From Thermoplasmatota archaeon (GTDB lineage Archaea > Thermoplasmatota > E2 > JACPAO01 > JAHFTW01): a DNA stretch of 64,000 nt. Location: positions 88,306-152,305 of the forward strand of contig JBBSVQ010000007.1 in the NCBI GenBank assembly GCA_038046725.1, given 5' to 3'. Position numbers and translations under genes: made by a program. A model generated the notes under the pieces. That model made no database searches and was not told the origin of the DNA. It saw nothing but the letters and a program-made list of their open reading frames with translations. This document shows, piece by piece, positions 57,233 through 64,000 of this stretch (position 1 is the first letter of the stretch; each line of letters opens with the position of its first letter).

Positions 57233-58180
57233 TCAGGCCGCGATGGCTTTGGTCCGGTCGCGGCGGACGTCGAAGCGGTGGCCCTGCGTGCACACAATCT
57301 CGCCGTGGTGCCGGGGCATGACCTTGTGGCTGCACTGCGGGCAACTGGCGGTGCGGAAGAAGCGGTCGAGCCAGGCCTGGAAGATCTGCGGCTCGTCGTG
57401 GTTCGACTTCATCTGCGCCAACGCGGAGGCCGTGCCGGAGTCGCGCGCGAACGGCGACAAGGCTTCGAGGTCGACGGCGACGGGGCTGCGGTGAGCCGGC
57501 GCCTTGCCTTTGACGAGCGTCCATCCGAGCAGGATGCCGCCGGCGAGGCCGCCGAGGTGGGCGAAGTAGGCCGTGTTGCCGTAGTTGCTGAGGAAGGCCA
57601 TCGTGAGGAGTTGGATGGTGCCCATGACGATGGCGCCGATCCAGACCTTCATGCGCACGAAGAAGGTGAGGATGATGGCCGTCACGGGAACTGGGACGAC
57701 GGTGTTGGGGTAGGAGGCCGCGAAGGCGCCGATGATGCCGAAGATGGCGCCCGAGGCCCCCATGAGGAGGATCTCGCCCGGCCAGATGACGGCGACCTGG
57801 GCCAGTGTTCCCGCGAGGCCAGCGAGCAGGTACACGACGAGGAAGCGGCGGCCGCCGATGCGCTCCTCGAACGGCAGGCCGAAGACGAGCAGGACGAGCA
57901 TGTTTCCGAAGATGTGGCCGAAGTCGGCGTGCACGAACATGCTCGACACGATCTGGATGGCGGCTAGGCCCGGGTCGGAGGTCACGTTGGGCGAGTAGAG
58001 CGCAAGTTCGGCGTGGATGACCGGGATGCTGCCGTACTTCGGGCCGAAGGCCGTGGCAATGAAAATGACAATGTTGGCGATGGCCAGGGCGCCTGCGGCC
58101 AGGAAACGGCGCGACCAGGCGACCGCCAATGCGGCCAGGATGACGGCGATGGCGAACAGGGAGACTGGGTGGAAGCTCAT
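57233..58180 (-). CDS. Rhomboid intramembrane serine protease with a C-terminal zinc-ribbon-like domain
   Basis: SMFVHADFGHIFGNM, GASGAIFG, AHLGG; CPQC...CTQGH. Confidence 0.92.
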   Translation of the reverse strand: MSFHPVSLFAIAVILAALAVAWSRRFLAAGALAIANIVIFIATAFGPKYGSIPVIHAELALYSPNVTSDPGLAAIQIVSSMFVHADFGHIFGNMLVLLVFGLPFEERIGGRRFLVVYLLAGLAGTLAQVAVIWPGEILLMGASGAIFGIIGAFAASYPNTVVPVPVTAIILTFFVRMKVWIGAIVMGTIQLLTMAFLSNYGNTAYFAHLGGLAGGILLGWTLVKGKAPAHRSPVAVDLEALSPFARDSGTASALAQMKSNHDEPQIFQAWLDRFFRTASCPQCSHKVMPRHHGEIVCTQGHRFDVRRDRTKAIAA

Positions 58181-59910
58181 CTGTGCCGCGCAAAGCGCGC
58201 GACCCCCAAGAGAGCCAAAAGGGTTGGCCACGGGGCGAGGGGCAGGGCGCGCAGGTCGTCCCCTGGCACCCCCCAGTCGCGGGGCTGGGCCGGCGGGTCC
58301 CAATCCGAGTCGAACAAGGCCTCGGCCCACGCCGCGGCCGCCGGTGAGTCGATGATGAGGGACACCTCGCGGTTGGCACTGCGGCTGTGGTGGTTGCCGT
58401 TCGTCGAGCCGAGCACGACCGTGGCCGCGTCGAGGACGAAGGCCTTGTTGTGCAGCGTTCCGAGGCCCGGCCGGTCGAGGACGGCGGCTTGCGCGCCGCG
58501 AGCGGCGAGCCAATCGAGCTCCGGCTGGTTGCCGGCGTCCGTGCTGGCGAAGGGCGCCGCCGCCTGCACGCGGACGTCGACGCCTCGGCGCGCAGCGGCG
58601 GCGAGAGCAGCCGTCCACGGGTCGTCCGAGGACCATCCGAGACTGTTGCGGGCCGCGAGCGCCAAGTCGAGCTGCTGCGCCACGATGCGTTCGTCGGCGC
58701 CATCGATGAGCGCGGCCACGGGGTCGGTGCGCGGGTCCTGCGTGTGGTCCGGCGACACGAGCGGACGGACCGCGATCGGCCCGGCGATGTGCAGCGGCGC
58801 GATTTGGGGAGCGTAATCGCCGACGCGGGGCGCACGGCGGGGCGGCTCCTCGAACGTCGGGTCGAAGTCCGCGAGCGCGAACGGCCGCGCGTCCCAGGCA
58901 TCGCGGTCGTCGGCCATCCACGCCACGAACCACGCTGCCGCATCGGCATCATGCACGATGGCGCCCCAGCCGCGGTTCCCCCACGACGGGTCCTCGGGGA
59001 CGCCGCTGGGAACCCAGTTCTCGGACTGGATGGCGACGGCGCCGTCGGCGACCAGGACCTTGAGGTGGTGGTCGTCGTAGCGTCCGTTGCCGGCGAGCAC
59101 GGCCCGGCCGCCGACGGCCTGGATGCGGCGCAGGGCGTCCGCCGTCGCGTGGCGGTCGCGGTCGTCGGCGCCGACGGGGTCCGCATCGACGAGCACCTGC
59201 AGGTCGAGGCCCGGGGTCCGCGTCTTGGCTGCAACGAGGGCATCGGCCAGTTCGGCGGAACGCAGCTCGTAGACGTGCAGGTGCAGTCGCTCGCGGGCCC
59301 CAGCCACCAGGTCCGTGAGCATGGAGAAGGAGGAATCCGGCGAGGAGTACAGGGTGAGGGCGTCCGCGAGGAACGTCGGCTGGTCCAGCGCGGATTCGCC
59401 GATGCGGTGCATGCGGGGCGTGACCCAGTCGCCTGGCTGGTCGGTGTCGGTCCAGGAGTTGCCGTCGTGGCCCCGCATGAGCACGAGGCCTGGCGAGGCC
59501 GAGCGCAACGTGGCCGTCTCGTCCTTGGAGCCGTACGTCACGGCATCGAGTGGCGCGCCCGCGGGGTCGAGGAGGGTCACGTCGTCGCCGCCGTCGCCGA
59601 GTCGAAGCGGCGGCTCCATCGCGAGGAAGGGGGAGGGGCCGCCGTGCGCCTGCCACAGCGTCGCGTTGCCCACGACCCACAGGACCTCGCCGGGGGCGAG
59701 AAGGCGCGGCGGCAGTTCCCATGCGTCTTCTCCATCCGTGAGCCAATGGCCGGCGAGGTCGACGGGCTGATTGGTCGAGAGTGCGATGGCGTCGCCCCCG
59801 GCGCCGCTGCCCGGCATGTCCGGCACGAGGCCAACGAGCAGGGGCTGCGCGGCGGCAAGAGGGAGCAGGAGGACGACCCCCAGCCAAGGCAGCGCACGTC
59901 GCGGACGCAC
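58177..59910 (-). CDS. Secreted phospholipase D-family protein with an N-terminal lamin-tail-like domain
   Basis: Two HKD motifs (HLKVLVAD..QSENW; HNKAFVLD..GSTN..NRE); signal peptide; C-terminal anchor. Confidence 0.88.
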   Translation of the reverse strand: MRPRRALPWLGVVLLLPLAAAQPLLVGLVPDMPGSGAGGDAIALSTNQPVDLAGHWLTDGEDAWELPPRLLAPGEVLWVVGNATLWQAHGGPSPFLAMEPPLRLGDGGDDVTLLDPAGAPLDAVTYGSKDETATLRSASPGLVLMRGHDGNSWTDTDQPGDWVTPRMHRIGESALDQPTFLADALTLYSSPDSSFSMLTDLVAGARERLHLHVYELRSAELADALVAAKTRTPGLDLQVLVDADPVGADDRDRHATADALRRIQAVGGRAVLAGNGRYDDHHLKVLVADGAVAIQSENWVPSGVPEDPSWGNRGWGAIVHDADAAAWFVAWMADDRDAWDARPFALADFDPTFEEPPRRAPRVGDYAPQIAPLHIAGPIAVRPLVSPDHTQDPRTDPVAALIDGADERIVAQQLDLALAARNSLGWSSDDPWTAALAAAARRGVDVRVQAAAPFASTDAGNQPELDWLAARGAQAAVLDRPGLGTLHNKAFVLDAATVVLGSTNGNHHSRSANREVSLIIDSPAAAAWAEALFDSDWDPPAQPRDWGVPGDDLRALPLAPWPTLLALLGVARFARHR

Positions 59911-59934
59911 TCATCGCGCGAGTTGGTTCGACGG

Positions 59935-59940
59935 TTTAAG
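59935..59940 (+). promoter_or_regulatory. TATA box upstream of tRNA-Arg
   Basis: TTTAAG about 40 nt upstream of the tRNA; may also serve the divergent PLD gene. Confidence 0.5.
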
Positions 59941-59977
59941 CCCAAACGCTCAAGGTCCGGCCCTTTGTGGCTCGAAC

Positions 59978-60052
59978 GCACCCGTACTCTAGCTCGGATA
60001 AGGGGCGGCCCTCCTAAGGCCGATGTCGTGGGTTCGAATCCCACCGGGTGCG
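59978..60052 (+). tRNA. tRNA-Arg (anticodon CCT), no intron, CCA not encoded
   Basis: Acceptor stem GCACCCG/CGGGTGC; anticodon arm CGGCC-CTCCTAA-GGCCG; T arm GTGGG-TTCGAAT-CCCAC; 75 nt. Confidence 0.95.
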
Positions 60053-60200
60053 CTTCAGTCTTCAGTCAGAGAATCGGCATCTAGGCTTGGATGCGGCTGA
60101 TTCTTGGATACGGTAGAGCCGAACCTTCAAGACCCACATTTTCAATGTTAGTCAACTTGACCCCATTTTCCAGATGGGCCATTGATGGAAGGACCGCGCA

Positions 60201-60923
60201 ATGATGCAACCTGCATCCATCACCGTCGCCATTGCTCTTACGCTTGCGGGGTGCACCCAGTTCGGAAATGATGGCGGGTGCAGCGGAGACATTTACTTTG
60301 GCGGTGAGTCCGCGGATGGGACCTTCCGCCCTCAAGGGGCCAACGTCACAAAACTCTCATTCACCGCGCATGGCGATTGCGATTTTGCGTGGGATCTTCT
60401 TGAATGGGGTCAGCCGGCCCGTCAAGTCTCAACCGACGACGAGTACGCATTCACGGCCCCGGGGGTGGGCACCTGGAAAATCATCTTGAAAGACGAGCAA
60501 ACGGGCGACCGTAAGCGGGGCATCTTGGTTGAATATGGATACCGAGTCGACGACCTCGTTTATGACGCGTCGACCGAAGACATCGTCCTATCATTTCCCG
60601 TAAAGTGCTGTCCCCGGGTGCTGGGCATTGGGGCCGTACCTTGGGGTGGGGGCCCGCCGATTCCAAGCGAACTTTCGAACGACGCTTCAGTTCGTGCGTT
60701 CGACGCTTCAGGCAAGGAAATTGCCTCCGGCAAGACACAATTCACTGTTGAAACAGGAGAGAACGTTGGCCCCGGTTGGTTCGAACAATACACCATGGGG
60801 ACCTGGACGTTCGTGGTCGACCGGTCATCCTTGCAGAGCATCTACTATGGGCAATCTGTCGAGGTCGTGGCCTACGCCTATGCGGACTCAGAATATGCGG
60901 CCCCTTGGCCCGAATTTCCCTAG
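60201..60923 (+). CDS. Hypothetical lipoprotein with atypical (lower-GC) codon usage
   Basis: Lipobox LAGC; many A/T-ending codons; directly downstream of the tRNA. Confidence 0.65.
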   Translation: MMQPASITVAIALTLAGCTQFGNDGGCSGDIYFGGESADGTFRPQGANVTKLSFTAHGDCDFAWDLLEWGQPARQVSTDDEYAFTAPGVGTWKIILKDEQTGDRKRGILVEYGYRVDDLVYDASTEDIVLSFPVKCCPRVLGIGAVPWGGGPPIPSELSNDASVRAFDASGKEIASGKTQFTVETGENVGPGWFEQYTMGTWTFVVDRSSLQSIYYGQSVEVVAYAYADSEYAAPWPEFP

Positions 60924-60980
60924 AGGCCCCGTCTCCTTCGATGCTTGGAATGACGGGCTTCGAAGCGAATTCGCCCGGCC

Positions 60981-61160
60981 TCAAGCGGGGGCCGACGGCG
61001 CCAACGCCAACACGGCGAAAGCGACCACGGGTGCCGCGCCGGCAAGCGTGAGCAAGGCAGTCGACTGCGAGAAGGGACCCCCGGAGGCGGACAGGTCCAA
61101 GGCAGCCAACACGAGCAGGCCCAGGGTCACGACCATTGCCTTCTGGATTGCGCCAGCCAT
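60981..61160 (-). CDS. Small 2-TM membrane protein (59 aa, not in the ORF track)
   Basis: MAGAIQKAMVVTLGLLVLAALDLSASGGPFSQSTALLTLAGAAPVVAFAVLALAPSAPA*. Confidence 0.45.
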   Translation of the reverse strand: MAGAIQKAMVVTLGLLVLAALDLSASGGPFSQSTALLTLAGAAPVVAFAVLALAPSAPA

Positions 61161-61263
61161 GCCCTACCATTGCGGCTGCCCGGCCTTGGATGTCACGCCA
61201 TGAGCCTCTAGAGTCTCGGGAGCCGAGCGCCCACTCTAAGAACGGGAAGGCAAGTGGCGCAGC

Positions 61264-62016
61264 GTGCACTGGGCGCGCCTTGGGGTCCTTGCGGTGGCCG
61301 TCCTCTCGGCGGGCTGCCTGACTGAGATCCTGCCCGGCCCCCCCGTGTCCACGCTGGCCTTCGCCTGCGCCGCCATCGACCCCGTCGCAGTCGGCCGGCT
61401 GCGCATCGTTAGCTACACCGACGACCGCGTCGACCTGGCCACGACGGGCCTCATGGATGCCTTGACCGCACGCATCGCCGAGGTGTCGGGTCGCAACGTG
61501 TCCGCAATCAGTCGTCTCGAGCGGCCCGCCCCGCCGGAACCCGAGCATGGCTGGAACGAAAACCGGCTCGCGGAATGGGTGCGCAACGAACCCTTCCTCG
61601 GCCGCGGCCAGGTGACCCTGCGCGTCCTCTGGCTCACCACCTTCGGGGATGGCACGCAGACCGCCATGGTCCCCGCACCGGGGGCCGTCGTGTTGTCGCA
61701 GGAGGCCATCATCACGGGGGCGGCGCGGCTGGACCGCGCACCCGAGGACGTTGCCCTGGCCGTCCTTCTGCACGTCACCGGCCACGCCTTGGGGGTCACC
61801 AATCGTGGGATGCCCGTGCAGGACCCTGAGCTTCAAGAGCGGGAAGGCCCTCCCGGGCATGACGCTGACCCCGCCTCGGTGCTGGCGGTCGGCTGGGACG
61901 ACGCCCGGACGATGGCGTGGGCCGCGAATGCGACCTACGACCACCATCCGGCCGCTGCCCTGGCTGACTGGCAGGCCGCGCGCGAGCCCGGCGGCGTATG
62001 CGAGGTCCGACGATGA
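61264..62016 (+). CDS. Lipoprotein with a zincin-like fold and degenerate HExxH motif
   Basis: Lipobox SAGC; AVLLHVTGHALGVTN...GHD.DP.SVL. Confidence 0.65.
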   Translation: MHWARLGVLAVAVLSAGCLTEILPGPPVSTLAFACAAIDPVAVGRLRIVSYTDDRVDLATTGLMDALTARIAEVSGRNVSAISRLERPAPPEPEHGWNENRLAEWVRNEPFLGRGQVTLRVLWLTTFGDGTQTAMVPAPGAVVLSQEAIITGAARLDRAPEDVALAVLLHVTGHALGVTNRGMPVQDPELQEREGPPGHDADPASVLAVGWDDARTMAWAANATYDHHPAAALADWQAAREPGGVCEVRR

Positions 62017-62222
62017 GCAGCAAACTGTACGAGGACTCGCTCAAGCTCACCATCAACAAGAACCTGCAGGACATCCGCATCCTGCTGCAGTGGGCGGAAG
62101 AAGCCTACGAGACGCGGGAGAAGATCCAGCACGCCGACCAGGCGTTGCATTTCCTCACCGAAGTCGTCGAGACGCTGCGCGAACTGCACAACAACCCGCG
62201 GCCGAACGTTCGCGAAGACTAG
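62013..62222 (+). CDS. Small helical hypothetical protein
   Basis: 69 aa; ATGA overlap with the upstream gene; host-like codon usage. Confidence 0.65.
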   Translation: MSSKLYEDSLKLTINKNLQDIRILLQWAEEAYETREKIQHADQALHFLTEVVETLRELHNNPRPNVRED

Positions 62223-62695
62223 GGCGCAGATTGCGCAGAGCCCGGGTCGGGCATCCCACCCGGCCCTAGCCGTTGCGGATGCCCACCGTCCCAGGATTGC
62301 CATTTCGCAGATTGTGGAGTGTTGCCGTGGGTGAACACGTATCGGCGGTGTTCGAGCGACCCGAGTCCGAAGTTCAGCAAGAGCCCGGTGGAAAGTCCGG
62401 ATGCGCGCAAGTAGCTGACGACCTGCATGGTATCGGGCAGTGCGAAGCCGACTTTTGCTTTCAGCTCGACGAGCACTTCACCGAAGCAGACGAAGTCCGC
62501 CCGGTGATTCGTGCGAAGTCGGACCCCGTCGTAGGTGATGCCAAACGGCACTTCCCGCGCGAACGGCACCCCTTGCTTGGCGAACTCAAGAGCAAGTCCT
62601 TCCTGGTACGCGGATTCCTTGAATCCAGGTCCCAATTTTCGATGCGTCGCCATGGCACAACCGATGATGGCGTAGGTCCGCGGATCGCGCAGCAC
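62219..62695 (-). CDS. GxxExxY family protein (PD-(D/E)xK nuclease-like)
   Basis: YAIIGCAMATHRKLGPGFKESAYQ, RADFVC..EVLVELKA, QVVSYLRAS..GLLLNFG. Confidence 0.92.
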   Translation of the reverse strand: MLRDPRTYAIIGCAMATHRKLGPGFKESAYQEGLALEFAKQGVPFAREVPFGITYDGVRLRTNHRADFVCFGEVLVELKAKVGFALPDTMQVVSYLRASGLSTGLLLNFGLGSLEHRRYVFTHGNTPQSAKWQSWDGGHPQRLGPGGMPDPGSAQSAP

Positions 62696-62820
62696 GAGGA
62701 TACACCAAGCGCCGGGGGCTTCGCCTTGTGGCCCAGCAAAGCGAAATCGGACGGTCGTTGGCCTGGCCTCATCTGCGAAATGGCGAATGCCCCTGGAAGG
62801 GGGATCTGCGATGTCCGTGA
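62224..62820. mobile_element. Putative GxxExxY cassette bounded by periodic inverted repeats
   Basis: GCCATTTCGCAGAT (62299-62312)/ATCTGCGAAATGGC (62771-62784) perfect IR, plus outer CGCAGATTGCGCAGAGCCC / GGGATCTGCG; fills the gap between two convergent stop codons. Confidence 0.55.
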
Positions 62821-63960
62821 TTACTTGGCGACGGCGTCGAATTCCATCGTCGGCTGGCAGGCCAAGGCGTGCAGCACGGCGGTGGCCACGTCGACGGAGG
62901 ACTGGAAGCCGGCCACGAGGTTGTCTTGGCCGCCTGCCATCGCGGTCATGGTTTCGACCGTGTCCTGCAAGTGCCAGAACGGGTACGCGCCCATGGGCGT
63001 GTGCGCCTCTTCCGGGATCTCGCCCGTCGTGTTGGGGACGCCGAGCTCCTCGAAGTCGGAGATGAAGAAGATGGTCGGGATGGGGCCGCCCTGTTCCTCC
63101 GTGACTTCCCAGAAGCGCGCGTAGTCGCTGGAGCCGAGCAGGAGCCCGTCCTTGCGCGCCCACTGCGCGTCAGGCCAACCCATGGCGCGGCGGGCGTTGT
63201 CCGCGGCGGCGTAGGTGGCGTTCGAGTTGTCGATGACGTTGATGGGGGCCATGACGCCGGGCCAGTTCAGGCCGATCATGTCGAGGTCGACGGCGCCGCG
63301 CACGGTGATGCGGCCGTACGGCGTCGTGAAGTTGTCGCCCTCTTCGCCGCCGGTGACGAAGGCGTTGACGAAGGCCGCGGCGCCCTGCGTTCCGCGTTCC
63401 TCGCCGTCGTAGCCGACGAAGGCCATGGTGTAGTACGGCGTGACGTTGGCGAAGGCCTTGCCGAGGTGGACGGTCATCATGGTGCCGGAGCCGTCATCGT
63501 AGGCGCCCTGGCTGAGGGCGCGCAGCGGGCAGGGGTTGGGCTGGTCGACAACCGGGATGGTGCTGACGAGGCAGTCGTCGGTCGTCGTGTCGTAGTGGCC
63601 GCCAACGACGACCCACTCGTCGCGCACGAGGCCCCACTTGATGCCGATGATGTTGGCCTGCGGGATGCCGGCCGTGAAGTTCTGGCGGTAGACCTCGAGG
63701 CCGTAGGAGGCAAAGCGCTCCATGAGGGCGACGCGGGCCGACTCGTGCGTGGGCTTGTTGGCGGCGCGCTCGTTGTGTTCGGTCACGAAGGCGGCGTGGT
63801 CGGCCAGGAGTTCAACGGCGTCCACATGCGGGACGTCGGGCACGACGTAGTCGGCCGGGGCGATGAGGGTGTTGTCGTCTTGGTCGCCGGACGAGTCGTC
63901 GGCGACGCAGCCTGCCAGGGTGGCCATGGCCAGGAGGGCCAGGACCGCGAGCTTGCGCAT
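62821..63960 (-). CDS. M28-family metallopeptidase lipoprotein (paralog of 14117-15655)
   Basis: Lipobox LAGC; GGHYD, GAYDDGSG, DGEERGTQGA, DLDMIG, SSDY, FWHLQDT. Confidence 0.88.
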   Translation of the reverse strand: MRKLAVLALLAMATLAGCVADDSSGDQDDNTLIAPADYVVPDVPHVDAVELLADHAAFVTEHNERAANKPTHESARVALMERFASYGLEVYRQNFTAGIPQANIIGIKWGLVRDEWVVVGGHYDTTTDDCLVSTIPVVDQPNPCPLRALSQGAYDDGSGTMMTVHLGKAFANVTPYYTMAFVGYDGEERGTQGAAAFVNAFVTGGEEGDNFTTPYGRITVRGAVDLDMIGLNWPGVMAPINVIDNSNATYAAADNARRAMGWPDAQWARKDGLLLGSSDYARFWEVTEEQGGPIPTIFFISDFEELGVPNTTGEIPEEAHTPMGAYPFWHLQDTVETMTAMAGGQDNLVAGFQSSVDVATAVLHALACQPTMEFDAVAK

Positions 63961-64000
63961 GGGTTGACCCGTCCCGGGGCCGCACTTGAGGGTTGTGGAC

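Noticed and set aside
55105-57297. 730-aa fusion ORF
   Set aside because: The upstream part is an off-frame read of the gamma-CA gene; DUF1015 similarity starts near 56466.
59978-64000. Provirus or integrative element at tRNA-Arg
   Set aside because: No integrase, viral genes or att duplication are visible; host-like genes resume by 61264.

Overview
GC-rich archaeal chromosome segment. Archaeal DnaG, Rpo6/RpoK, archaeal uS2, UPF0058, class III pilin signals and PGF-CTERM-like tails, together with dnaK/dnaJ/grpE and a non-acidic proteome, suggest a non-halophilic euryarchaeote, most plausibly Thermoplasmatota (inference). Contents: a glycosylation cluster flanked by pilin-like genes (1-13.3 kb), many secreted or lipoproteins, dnaG, a bacterial-type NHEJ operon (ligase, Ku, LigD polymerase), rpoK-rps2-hppA, metabolic genes, a grpE/dnaK/dnaJ cluster split by insertions that include a type IV toxin-antitoxin pair, mscL, a rhomboid, a phospholipase D, tRNA-Arg(CCT) and a GxxExxY gene. 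The most unusual signals are non-coding. (1) At 22.19-22.47 kb, the last 9 codons of a coiled-coil gene are repeated twice more as synonymously recoded copies, each paired with its own matching antisense arm and a spacer hairpin. (2) A dispersed family of ~9-nt-periodic palindromes lies just after stop codons, and one member encloses the GxxExxY nuclease-like gene, suggesting an autonomous/non-autonomous element pair. (3) Two hairpin-rich intergenic regions (16.8 kb and 40.7 kb) share colinear sequence blocks and may be a novel ncRNA family. All calls were made by eye from the sequence and ORF translations; no database searches were run, and many start codons are best estimates.
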